NCBI GenBank assembly: GCA_903863935.1
Contig: CAIPDV010000042.1
Span: 68,869-132,868, forward strand
Origin: an uncultured Bacteroidota bacterium
GTDB taxonomy: Bacteria > Bacteroidota > Bacteroidia > JABEUT01
DNA length: 64,000 nt
Direction of reading: 5' to 3'
The notes beneath the pieces are model-generated. The model was not told where the DNA came from. It made no database searches and was given only the letters and a program-made list of their open reading frames with translations. Made by a program: the position numbers and the translations under genes. This document shows positions 18,170 through 29,048 of this stretch, one piece after another. The first letter of the stretch is position 1. Each line of letters begins with the position of its first letter.

Positions 18170-19489
18170 TTAGCTTACAGCTTTAACTACACCGAATTTT
18201 TTTTGCAAAGCTTCAGTTGTCATTGAGCCCGGACGTTCAATTGGGAACCCAAGGACCCTATCCCAGATAAGTGAAGCGAGCACTCCAAGAGATCGTGAAA
18301 CACCGAATAAAACAGTATAGAAATCATTTTCAACAATACCAAAATGGGTGAGCAAAACACCAGAATGCGCATCCACATTAGGCCAAGGGTTTTTTATTTT
18401 CCCTGTTGACTGTAATATAGGTGGGGCTACTTCATATATCATCTGTACTATTTCGCAAAGGTCGTCATGCTTGATATATCGCTTGTAAAAATCTTGCTGG
18501 GCAAGAAAACGAGGGTCCGTTTTACGCAATACGGCATGTCCGTATCCAGGAACCACACGGCCTTCCGCCAATGTCTTTTTTATATAATCTGCAATTTGCT
18601 CTTTAGTAGGTAATCCTCCGCCTAATTCACGCTTCAGTTCCATAATCCATGATAGAACTTCCTGATTTGCCAACCCATGTAAAGGACCCGCAAGGCCATT
18701 CATTCCTGCTGCAAAACTAAGATAAGGATCGCTTAAAGCAGAGCCAACAAGGTGGGTTGTATGAGCAGATACGTTTCCTCCTTCATGATCGACATGAATT
18801 GTTAGATATAGTCGCATAAGGCGTTTCACATCAAACAAATCATATCCCATCATGTGGGCCAGGTTTGCTGCCCAGTCCAGTTTTGGGTCTGGTTCAATAT
18901 GTTCGTTATTCTTATATTTTCTGCGGTATATATACGCTGCAAGTCTTGGCAGGCGTGCAATCAGGTTCATAGAATCTTCGTAAACATAATCCCAATAATC
19001 CTTTTTGTTAATCCCTTTTTTGTAGGCGGCAGCAAATAATGATTCTGTTTGCATTGCCATAGCTCCTATGCTGAATTCAGTCATGGGGTGGGTATTGGCA
19101 GGAAGAGAATCTAAGGTATCGAATACATGGCGTGGCACGATGCTTCTGCGTGCCCAATTATTGGTAATATCATCAACATCTTCCTGAGAAGGAAGTTCGC
19201 CCATTAGCATGAGATAGAAAATACCTTCGGGCAAAGGTTCAGTACCATTGGGGGCTTTTGGAAGTTTTTCCCGTAGCTCCGGAATGGTGTATCCACGGAA
19301 GCGTATACCTTCTTCAGGATCGAGTTTAGAAGTTTCAGTTATCAAACCAACCATTCCGCGCATACCCTGGTATACCTGAGCAACATTATACTCCCCCAGT
19401 TTTTGTTCGCCATATTGGGCAATGAACTGTTTTACATTATCTGCTTCAACTGTTGCTTTTTTTAAGAACTTCTCTTTTAGCCTGTCCAT
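18170..19489 (-). CDS. gltA: Citrate synthase
   Basis: 439 aa. Signature HVDHEGGNVSAHT and other conserved citrate synthase segments (GYGHAVLRKTDPR). Confidence 0.9.
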   Translation of the reverse strand: MDRLKEKFLKKATVEADNVKQFIAQYGEQKLGEYNVAQVYQGMRGMVGLITETSKLDPEEGIRFRGYTIPELREKLPKAPNGTEPLPEGIFYLMLMGELPSQEDVDDITNNWARRSIVPRHVFDTLDSLPANTHPMTEFSIGAMAMQTESLFAAAYKKGINKKDYWDYVYEDSMNLIARLPRLAAYIYRRKYKNNEHIEPDPKLDWAANLAHMMGYDLFDVKRLMRLYLTIHVDHEGGNVSAHTTHLVGSALSDPYLSFAAGMNGLAGPLHGLANQEVLSWIMELKRELGGGLPTKEQIADYIKKTLAEGRVVPGYGHAVLRKTDPRFLAQQDFYKRYIKHDDLCEIVQMIYEVAPPILQSTGKIKNPWPNVDAHSGVLLTHFGIVENDFYTVLFGVSRSLGVLASLIWDRVLGFPIERPGSMTTEALQKKFGVVKAVS

Positions 19490-19513
19490 GATAATTTTAG
19501 TGATATATTAATT

Positions 19514-20866
<1,353 letters not shown>

Positions 20867-20902
20867 CTAATAAATATCTCCAAACTACATGACAAAAATC
20901 AG

Positions 20903-21823
20903 CTATGCATTCTCCTTAAGTTGCCTGTCAACAATTGCGAGTCCTTCTACGAATGAATGTGGCTCGTAACCAAGATCCTTACGGGCCTTATCAAGAATAA
21001 ATCCGGTTTTTAAGGGACGTTGAGCGGGTTGACCTAATGTAGCGGTTTTTGAAGGGTGAATTAAGGCTTTATTAAATTTCCAATAGTCAGCCACCACGTT
21101 AACCAATTCAATTATGCTCATAAAATCTTTGCCTGAAATGTGGTATACGCCTGTTGCACCTTTAAATGCGGCCAGAATACAGCCTTCTGCAAGATCTTCG
21201 GCTAATGTAGGCGTGCGGAATTGGTCATCTACCACATTAATATCTTTCCCTTTTGAAAGTGCATCTTTTGCCCATAAAACAATATTGCTACGGCTCATAA
21301 AATCCACCACTCCATAAACAAGAATAGTTCTTATTATAGTCCATTTCAAGCCTGACTTTTCCACTAATTTTTCCGATACATATTTTGATTCGGCATAAAC
21401 TGAGTTGGGCGGATACGGGATATCTGTTTCCCTGTATGGTCCATGGTTTCCGTCGAAAATAAAATCGGTAGAAAGATGTATCAAATGCCCTTGTACCGGA
21501 AGTTCTTTCATAGTATTTATGAGGTATTCCACTGCATCTACATTCAATTTGCGGCATGCTTCTCGCTCCGTTTCGCAGGCATCCACATTGGTCATAGCGG
21601 CTGTATTTATTACCACATCAGGAACATATTTCGACAAAACATCTTTTACAGACTTTTCATCTGTAATATCCATTGGAGCATATTGATAGCCGGCCTGTAC
21701 TTTAAGCCTGTTAGCACCTTTTGAAGTAGCTATCACTTCAACATTTGACTCCTTAATTAGTCTGTAAACAAGCTTTTGACCCAGAAGCCCATTTGAACCT
21801 GTGATTAATATTTTTTTCTTCAT
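20903..21823 (-). CDS. SDR-family NAD(P)-dependent epimerase/reductase (RmlD-like dTDP-4-dehydrorhamnose reductase family)
   Basis: N-terminal Rossmann motif ILITGSNGLLGQKL, a YAESK catalytic motif, 306 aa. Confidence 0.55.
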   Translation of the reverse strand: MKKKILITGSNGLLGQKLVYRLIKESNVEVIATSKGANRLKVQAGYQYAPMDITDEKSVKDVLSKYVPDVVINTAAMTNVDACETEREACRKLNVDAVEYLINTMKELPVQGHLIHLSTDFIFDGNHGPYRETDIPYPPNSVYAESKYVSEKLVEKSGLKWTIIRTILVYGVVDFMSRSNIVLWAKDALSKGKDINVVDDQFRTPTLAEDLAEGCILAAFKGATGVYHISGKDFMSIIELVNVVADYWKFNKALIHPSKTATLGQPAQRPLKTGFILDKARKDLGYEPHSFVEGLAIVDRQLKENA

Positions 21824-22005
21824 GATTTTTTTCTGCCGTCAAAATTAATAAAATGGGGTTACCTGTAATCAATTTTAGTTGTCATTTAATCTACTTAACA
21901 AACAAACAGATTCAAATGAAAAGTAGGTATAAGTAAAATATGTCACAACTTGAAGCAAGCTAAATTGTAACTTGCGCTTATTATTAAATATTAAATTCCC
22001 TTCCC

Positions 22006-22530
22006 ATGAAAAAGATTTTATTTATAGCCGGTGTTGCTGCTATATTATTATTTACCGGATTTAAATTCGATGAGTGGTATAAGTTCACTTCTTCAACAGG
22101 CCATTTTTCCATAAGTTTCCCATCAAAACCTGAAGAATCAACAGAAAAGCAAAAGACAACCGACGGGACTCCTTTTGACGTGAATTATGTATCGTATGCA
22201 CCAAGTGATAGCGAGGTTTACATGGTAGGCTATATTGATATGAAAGACTTTTATCCGGCTGATAAAACCATGAAAGAAATACTTGAAAATAGCCGTGATG
22301 GTGCCACTTCTTCCTTAGAGGCAACCAGCGTTAATACTATAACTACGAACCTTGAAGGTGATGCCTACATAGAGTTTACTTTTACTGCTCCAAAAATAAC
22401 CGGGAAAGACAGGATTTATGTAATAAATAAATTTCAGTATTCTGTTATAACCATATTCTCCTCAAGTACAGGAATAGGTACAAACGCTGATAAATTCATC
22501 AGATCCTTCAAGCATCAAGGTGAGTATTAA
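22006..22530 (+). CDS. Hypothetical secreted protein (174 aa)
   Basis: Signal peptide or N-terminal anchor (MKKILFIAGVAAILLF). No family recognised. Confidence 0.4.
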   Translation: MKKILFIAGVAAILLFTGFKFDEWYKFTSSTGHFSISFPSKPEESTEKQKTTDGTPFDVNYVSYAPSDSEVYMVGYIDMKDFYPADKTMKEILENSRDGATSSLEATSVNTITTNLEGDAYIEFTFTAPKITGKDRIYVINKFQYSVITIFSSSTGIGTNADKFIRSFKHQGEY

Positions 22531-22608
22531 AAGACTTCTTTACTATAAATTTAATAAAACGGGGTCCTGATTATTTTGGGTTAATCCATACTGTACTTTA
22601 TTGTACTT

Positions 22609-23841
22609 TTGGGAAACCAGACACAACCAACCATGCCCCTTGAAAAGACAATTCCGTTCAAGTTTATAATCTTTATTGTAGTTTTTCTACTTCTTGACTT
22701 TGTTATTGAAAACGTAAACCATAAATTTCAATTAAATGATTTCAAAGTATACTACGGGGCAGCCCAGGCCTTGACTAGTGGTAAACAAGTATATGGAACA
22801 TTATTTGCACTTGGTTCTGGTTATTATAAATATTCTCCTTTCACGTCCCTTCTATTTTACCCGTTAACCGTACTCCCCTATTATGTAGCATGCATTATTG
22901 ACTTCCTCCTGATTTCAATTGCTGTTGTATTTACCTCAGTTATTCTTCTACAGGTTGTAAATGCTTATGTTTTCAGGAAGCAATCCAACAACTCCAGCTT
23001 AATTTTAACATTGGGAATTATTTGCATTTCTACCCATCTGGTTCGGGAATTGGAACTCGGTAACGTAAATGTTTTACTGCTTTTCCTGCTTTCCTTTTGT
23101 CTGTTTTATATACTCCAAAATAAAATGATTATTGCAGGGATATTGCTTGCATTGGTAATTATTACCAAACCATTTTTTATTCTTTTATTTATTCCTTTAC
23201 TAATGCACAGGTATTACAAAGCTTTATTTATTACTTCTGCCAGTTTGCTATTGTTTCTTATTTTACCCGCAGCCTTTTTCGGCTTCGTAAAAAACCTGGA
23301 TCTTCACCACCAATGGCTGAATACCATGCTTACACATGCCGAGGCGTTCCCTAGCCCAAATACGCTAGATGCCATGATACGCAATCACGTTAGCTCATCA
23401 CTTTCCTCGAATTTTCAATATATCGCATTGCTAATTCTGTTGATTCCTTACATTTTATTTATTTTCAGAAATACTCAAAATTCAAAAAACAATAAGATTC
23501 AGAAATCCTCGGATTTATATATCGAGTGGTTCACACTTATTGCTTTTATGCCTTCCATTTTTAAAACAGATACGGAACATTTTTTAATGACCTTGCCCAT
23601 CCTTATTTTTATCCTTGTTTATTTATTCCATACCAAAAATATTTTGCTGAGTGTTCTATTTGGGTTGCTTATCATTTTATATGCCGGCAATTCGTCCGAC
23701 ATTTTAGGGAAAAGCTTGTCAGTTAAGGTTTATGATATGGGTATACTTGGCATTAGTAACATACTCATTGTTGCCATGGGACTAACTCTCTACTATACTC
23801 ATTCTCGGAAATTAATTACAGTTCAGTCGCAACTAAACTGA
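22609..23841 (+). CDS. Polytopic membrane protein, GT-C-type glycosyltransferase-like (DUF2029/GT87-like)
   Basis: About 11 predicted TM helices. A conserved acidic N-terminal loop (DFKVYYGAAQAL) resembles polyprenol-P-sugar-dependent mannosyltransferase-like proteins. Confidence 0.4.
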   Translation: MGNQTQPTMPLEKTIPFKFIIFIVVFLLLDFVIENVNHKFQLNDFKVYYGAAQALTSGKQVYGTLFALGSGYYKYSPFTSLLFYPLTVLPYYVACIIDFLLISIAVVFTSVILLQVVNAYVFRKQSNNSSLILTLGIICISTHLVRELELGNVNVLLLFLLSFCLFYILQNKMIIAGILLALVIITKPFFILLFIPLLMHRYYKALFITSASLLLFLILPAAFFGFVKNLDLHHQWLNTMLTHAEAFPSPNTLDAMIRNHVSSSLSSNFQYIALLILLIPYILFIFRNTQNSKNNKIQKSSDLYIEWFTLIAFMPSIFKTDTEHFLMTLPILIFILVYLFHTKNILLSVLFGLLIILYAGNSSDILGKSLSVKVYDMGILGISNILIVAMGLTLYYTHSRKLITVQSQLN

Positions 23842-23995
23842 GTTATTTTCCAAGGCAAAATTTCTTACCCCCTGACAATAGAGGGTTATAGGGATTTGAG
23901 GCACAAATAGGGTACACACTACGACGAACGCAATAGTAAACCAAGCATTGTTTGCTGTGAATGATTGTTGAGGAATTGTTTGTCCGTGAAAAAAA

Positions 23996-25057
23996 TTAAT
24001 GCAGAGAACTTAAAGGACATTTCCAAATCTGTCCTACGATATTATAATGGTCGGGATCAGGATCAATTACATTGCCACCGCCACAATACAGAATGCCGTC
24101 CTTTATTAAGACGGAGGATTGTGTGGCATTAGTTGTCGGGAATCCTCCAAGGAGTGTCCAACTGGTTCCATTGTCTGTAGAAAGATAAATGCGTCCTGGT
24201 GTACTAGCAAATATATAATTGCCAAAAATTCTGATTGAGTTTATTTCAGGATATCCTGGATTATACTGGGGCATCTGGGGCAGTCCATTATTTATTGCTG
24301 TCCAGTTTGCACCATTGTCATTTGAGAGATATATTCCATGGTTATAAGTGCCTGCAAAAATATTGTTTCCTTGAACTGCTAAAGCGTATACGGTTTCACC
24401 TGAAGGTAAACCATTACTAACAGATGACCAACTTGAATTTTGTTGATTAAAAAGATACACTCCTATTGTTCCGGCCAAAAGATTAGTGTCTTTTAATGCC
24501 AAAGTAAAAGCTGGCAGATAAGGATAAGATGAAGTAGAAACAGGAAATCCTGAATAAAGATTTGTCCAAATGCTTCCATTATTTGAGTGGACTGCACATT
24601 CTGTACCTGCATAAATATTATTACCACTTGCGGCAAGTGCATTCACGTTATCTCCTATATTAGAACCTATTTCTGTCCAATTATTTCCGTTGTCGTTTGA
24701 CATAAATATCATATCAACGAACCCTAAAAAAATATCATTGCCATTCACACAGAAGCATTGTCCGTTCATAGAATTATGAGGATTATGTAGTATTGTCCAA
24801 TTACTGCCATTGTCAGATGTTCTGTAAAGTAAATCAGAACTCACGAAAATAAAACTGTCTTTTATTCCCAAAAGGTAAGCTCCTGCGTTAGCAGAAAATC
24901 CAGTGGCTGTCCAGCTACCAGTAATTGTCGGGACAGGTGTGGGTATGGGTGTACTGTTATTTTGTTGAATAGCACTGTCCTTTTTTCAAGAGGCAAAAGA
25001 GAGGACAACAATCAAAAAATAAACTATGTGAAAATATTTTTTCCCGTCTTGAAACAT
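23996..25057 (-). pseudogene. BNR/Asp-box repeat (sialidase/sortilin-like beta-propeller) protein gene interrupted by an in-frame TGA (24986..24988) right after the signal peptide
   Basis: ATG at 25057 encodes the signal peptide MFQDGKKYFHIVYFLIVVLSFAS. An in-frame TGA follows. The same frame then continues KKDSAIQQNNSTPIPTPVPT... into the ORF-track ORF 23996..24871, which has only a TTG start. Asp-box repeats are present (SxDxGxxW: SNDNGNNWT, STDNGTSWT, SNDNGANWT). Confidence 0.5.
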
Positions 25058-25205
25058 TTGAATTAGCTTTCTGCTACATTGGTGGTTTCTAGTTATACTT
25101 TCAAAAGTAAACAAAAATAATGAAATTAAAGCAAAACAACCTCAATATCTTTGATTTGAAATTTAATAAGAGCTCTAATGTAAATTCTTTGGCTGCTTAA
25201 GGTTC

Positions 25206-26585
25206 TTATTTTCCGATGCAAAACTTGCCGAAAATATTTCCAAGCAAATCGTCGGTTGTAACTTCTCCAGTTATCTCACCCAAGTGGTTCAGTGCTGAAC
25301 GAATATCGGAAGCAACCAGTTCACCTGACAATTTATTTTCAATGCCATTATGAGCATTGATCAGATTTTGCAATGTCGCCTCTAATGCTTCATAGTGCCG
25401 GGCATTACTGAGTATTACGCCTTCATGAATATTGGCCCCTTTCACAGCAGCCTCATATAGTTGCGTTTTTAACGTCTCTACCCCTACCCCACTTTTAGCT
25501 GATAGGAAAATAATTCCTTCTATATTTTTAAATTTTTTCTGACATGCTTTTTCTTCGGCTAGATCAACCTTATTCGCCAATGGAAGAACAGGAGTATTGC
25601 TATCTTTCCTTAGCTTTATTAAATCTTCACCAACTTCGGCAGAGGTCATTTCATTTGCATCAAAAAGATACATTACTATAGAAGCCTGTTCAATTTTTTG
25701 CATGGTTCGCTCGACTCCTTTCTTCTCAATTATATCGGCGGCTTCACGAATTCCGGCGGTATCGGTGAGCCTGAAAGCGATTCCATTTATAATTAATGTT
25801 TCCTCAATTGTATCGCGTGTTGTTCCGGGAATATCGCTAACAATGGCTCGTTCTTCATTCAATAATTTATTGAGCAATGTTGATTTGCCCGCATTTGGCC
25901 TTCCTGCAATAACCGCAGAAACTCCATTCTTTATTACGTTTCCTAATTTAAATGATTCGCACAATGCTTTTATTTTTCCTTGCATTTTTTCAAGAAGATT
26001 CAACAATTGACCACGGTTTGCAAATTCCACATCCTCTTCACTAAAATCAAGCTCTAATTCCAGTAATGAGGCAAAGTGCATTAACTCTTCCCGCAAGGCT
26101 TTAAGTTCCCCGGAAAAGCCTCCCCTCATCTGGTTGATGGCTAAATCATGGGCAGCTTGAGTTTCCGAAGCAATTAAATCACTTACGGCTTCAGCTTGCG
26201 ACAGGTCGAAACGCCCATTAATAAAAGCACGCATGGTAAACTCTCCCGGCTTTGCCGGACGAGCCCCTTTACTGATAAGTAACTGAAGAACCTTCTGCAA
26301 AATATACGGTGAACCGTGACAAGATATCTCCACCACATCTTCGCAAGTAAAAGAATGCGGTGCCCTGAAAATACCTGCAACAACTTCATCCAAAACATTA
26401 TCGTCATCACGTATAATTCCGAAATGCATGGTATGGCTTTCAGCAGCCGACAGTTTTAGACCCGGCAATACTTTCTCGCTTATATAAATGGCTTTCGGAC
26501 CCGAAAGCCTGATAACACCTATAGCTCCAACCCCGGGTGGAGTGGAAAGAGCAACTATTGTATCATCTGTAATTGGGTTCTTCAT
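25206..26585 (-). CDS. mnmE: tRNA modification GTPase MnmE (TrmE)
   Basis: 459 aa. N-terminal DTIVALSTPPGVGAIGVIRLSG, the G-domain GRPNAGKSTLLN, and the C-terminal CIGK tetrapeptide. Confidence 0.9.
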   Translation of the reverse strand: MKNPITDDTIVALSTPPGVGAIGVIRLSGPKAIYISEKVLPGLKLSAAESHTMHFGIIRDDDNVLDEVVAGIFRAPHSFTCEDVVEISCHGSPYILQKVLQLLISKGARPAKPGEFTMRAFINGRFDLSQAEAVSDLIASETQAAHDLAINQMRGGFSGELKALREELMHFASLLELELDFSEEDVEFANRGQLLNLLEKMQGKIKALCESFKLGNVIKNGVSAVIAGRPNAGKSTLLNKLLNEERAIVSDIPGTTRDTIEETLIINGIAFRLTDTAGIREAADIIEKKGVERTMQKIEQASIVMYLFDANEMTSAEVGEDLIKLRKDSNTPVLPLANKVDLAEEKACQKKFKNIEGIIFLSAKSGVGVETLKTQLYEAAVKGANIHEGVILSNARHYEALEATLQNLINAHNGIENKLSGELVASDIRSALNHLGEITGEVTTDDLLGNIFGKFCIGK

Positions 26586-26640
26586 GTTTGCAAGGGTAAA
26601 AATAGATAAACAAAAGCAATGGCATATAAACTGAGGGTTA

Positions 26641-26885
26641 TGTTTTACACTGACCCCTTAATTCAAAAATTCCATCCCTTCATTTTCACATTAATAACCA
26701 GCAGATTCTGACTTTTGTTTTACACTTTTATACAGTTTTAAGGGGTATCAAAGATGCGTAAAACAAATACACTAAATACTGACAACCAATTCGATATGAT
26801 TATTCATGTTTTACACACAGTTAGGCAAGGTGTAAAACAAAACTCACATGCAATTGATTATCTGCCTCATATTGCCGTTTTACAC
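26641..26885. repeat. Array of six copies of the decamer TGTTTTACAC (one variant TGTTTTACGC, one CGTTTTACAC) in both orientations within about 245 bp of intergenic DNA
   Basis: Direct reading gives copies at 26641-26650 (+), 26716-26725 (+), 26756-26765 (-), 26807-26816 (+), 26830-26839 (-) and 26876-26885 (+). Confidence 0.6.
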
Positions 26886-26907
26886 TATTTCTATGATGAT
26901 TGTGGGA

Positions 26908-27630
26908 TTAATGCACTACCCCATGCATATAAACCATATTCAGTTTTTCCCACATACCAATTTCGTAATGCCGTATTACAACCATAAAAATAAGAACTAC
27001 AATTGGGATGGTAATATTATCAAGTCCTTTGATGGTAAAAGATTCGGCAAGGGTTGATATAAATGCAATGGCAATTGGAATCCAAATGATTTTTTCCAAT
27101 GTATAAATACGATGGAAATAAATGCATCCGGCAGCTACTAGTATTGCCATCACAAAAAACATAATGGACCCACTCAGTGTTTTTGTCTCCTTAAAGACTT
27201 TGAACTTCCCATATTGAAATTTCTGTCCGACCAAAGCTGCTAAAGGGTCAGCAATAGCGAGTATAAGCATGGGTAAATAGAAAAATATTCTGTCCTTTTG
27301 CCACCAGTAAGCATCAAAACAAACATATACTGCAACTGCATACGACACACTTCCAAACGATTCGCGGCCTATATCGTTAATCGATTTTAAAAAGCCTAGT
27401 TTTATACTGGTCAGGAGGAGCAAAGCAAACGAAGCACACAATGCTAATACATACCAATGATTTGTGATCAACAATGGGCAAAGCAGCGTAATGCCGCCTG
27501 TTCCGGCATGAATTAGCTTGCGTGTATATTCAGCTTTAACTTTTGCATAAATATGGAGCATTTCTCCAACTGCAAACAATAAAAGTACCATTACAGCGAG
27601 CAAAATGGTGTATAACAGATTATCAGCCAT
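26908..27630 (-). CDS. Polytopic membrane protein of the CTP-dependent polyprenol/dolichol/phytol kinase-CDS superfamily
   Basis: Six to seven TM helices. The motif RKLIHAGTGG resembles the R-K-x-x-H motif of dolichol/phytol kinases. Confidence 0.35.
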   Translation of the reverse strand: MADNLLYTILLAVMVLLLFAVGEMLHIYAKVKAEYTRKLIHAGTGGITLLCPLLITNHWYVLALCASFALLLLTSIKLGFLKSINDIGRESFGSVSYAVAVYVCFDAYWWQKDRIFFYLPMLILAIADPLAALVGQKFQYGKFKVFKETKTLSGSIMFFVMAILVAAGCIYFHRIYTLEKIIWIPIAIAFISTLAESFTIKGLDNITIPIVVLIFMVVIRHYEIGMWEKLNMVYMHGVVH

Positions 27631-27735
27631 AGCCGGATAAAGATAAGATTATTGATTAAATGAATATGAACAATATCTTGGCTTTACCTATATTGGCAAT
27701 TAATACGGCTGCAAATAATCAGGATAGCTTCGATT

Positions 27736-28308
27736 ATGGAAGAAAAATTCAGGTGGACTATTCCAAATATATTGTCTGTTTACAGGCTATGTGTTTCACC
27801 TGTTATACTTGTTACTTTAATCCTGAAGAATGAATCGGTATTTACAGTACTATTATTGGTTAGCCTTATAACCGACATATTAGACGGATTTATTGCACGA
27901 CAATTTAATTTGAAGACAAAAATGGGTGCAAAGCTTGATTCTATTGCCGATGCCGTTACAGTTGTTTTAGCTATTGTCGGAATGTTCAGGTTTAAACAAC
28001 TGGATATCTTTCCATTTTTAACTCCATTTTATATATTGATCGGTTTCTATTTCCTAGTGTATATTATATCTGCCCTAAAGTTTAAAAAATTCAGCAGCAT
28101 GCATTTATATTCGGCTAAAATTACGGGCTACGCCCAGGGAATTTTCTTCTTTGTGCTTTTCTGTTTTCAATTTTACAATTGGCTTTTCTGGGTTATGTTT
28201 ACCATTTCAATTCTTACATACATCGAGGAAATTATTGCCATACTACTATTGAAAGATATGATATCGGATGCTAAAGGGATTTACTGGATAATTAAAAAGA
28301 AGGTTTAA
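27736..28308 (+). CDS. CDP-alcohol phosphatidyltransferase family protein (PgsA/PIP-synthase-like)
   Basis: The motif DILDGFIARQFNLKTKMGAKLDSIADAV matches D-G-x2-A-R-x8-G-x3-D-x3-D. Confidence 0.75.
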   Translation: MEEKFRWTIPNILSVYRLCVSPVILVTLILKNESVFTVLLLVSLITDILDGFIARQFNLKTKMGAKLDSIADAVTVVLAIVGMFRFKQLDIFPFLTPFYILIGFYFLVYIISALKFKKFSSMHLYSAKITGYAQGIFFFVLFCFQFYNWLFWVMFTISILTYIEEIIAILLLKDMISDAKGIYWIIKKKV

Positions 28309-29048
28309 TGGAATATGTCCTTTTCATAACATTGGGGTATTTTATCCTTGGCGCAATAGGAACGTTACTGGCCAACCGGGGCAAGGAAAAAGAACTGAAA
28401 AAAGAACGCTGGATAAAAATCCTGTCTTATTTTATTATCGTTCATTTCATAATTCTTTTACTTCTGATTGTTCCTGAAGCATTTATTTACCTGGCTTCCT
28501 TAATTGTGTTAATAGGAATTTACGAAATAGTTAAAGTAAGTCAGCATAAGGGCCACACACCGGCACTCATAACCGGCCTTATCATTTACATATTAGTTTC
28601 AGCAGGGTTTCTATTAACATGCATGATTGTTCAGGCGTATGGATTGATAGAATTATTTGTCCTTGTTTTCGTATTTGACGGGTTCAGCCAGATAACTGGC
28701 CAGCTTTTCGGCAAACATAAATTACTTCCGAAAGTAAGCCCCGGAAAAACAATTGAAGGGCTATTCGGTGGACTTGTTTTTGCTATTGCCACGGCTTATT
28801 TGCTTTTAAATGGCGAAGCACCTACGGGACAAATTATTTTTGTTGCCGCTATACTTTGCCTGTCAGCTTTGGGTGGTGACCTATTGGCATCTTACTACAA
28901 ACGAATTATGGGAATTAAAGATTTCAGCAGACTTATTCCCGGGCATGGAGGTGTGCTCGACAGATTCGACAGCCTTATTACCGCTGGCTTTGCGGCCGCT
29001 ATTCTGATATACGCATACTTTTTCTTTGGTCCTCAGGTAAGGATTTAG
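28308..29048 (+). CDS. cdsA: Phosphatidate cytidylyltransferase (CDP-diglyceride synthase)
   Basis: CdsA signature region SPGKTIEGLFGG...GGDLLASYYKR...PGHGGVLDRFDS. Confidence 0.8.
   Translation: MEYVLFITLGYFILGAIGTLLANRGKEKELKKERWIKILSYFIIVHFIILLLLIVPEAFIYLASLIVLIGIYEIVKVSQHKGHTPALITGLIIYILVSAGFLLTCMIVQAYGLIELFVLVFVFDGFSQITGQLFGKHKLLPKVSPGKTIEGLFGGLVFAIATAYLLLNGEAPTGQIIFVAAILCLSALGGDLLASYYKRIMGIKDFSRLIPGHGGVLDRFDSLITAGFAAAILIYAYFFFGPQVRI

Noticed and set aside
18029-18226. 65-aa plus-strand ORF overlapping the 3' end of gltA and following tRNA-Lys
   Set aside because: It overlaps a strongly supported citrate synthase gene on the opposite strand, has no conserved features and has a hydrophobic low-complexity translation. 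It is likely spurious.
26641-26885. The TGTTTTACAC array read as a chromosomal origin (oriC) or as a CRISPR array
   Set aside because: There are no consensus DnaA boxes (TTATCCACA) and no dnaA or dnaN genes nearby, so the oriC reading is unsupported. The repeats are only 10 bp long, occur in both orientations and have irregular spacing, which is incompatible with a CRISPR array. The array is kept only as a repeat or regulatory-motif observation.
26754-27057. Two small plus-strand ORFs (77 aa and 69 aa) inside or overlapping the repeat-bearing intergenic region
   Set aside because: Their reading frames run through the TGTTTTACAC repeats and into the 3' end of the neighbouring minus-strand gene. 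They have no start context or conservation cues and are probably non-coding.
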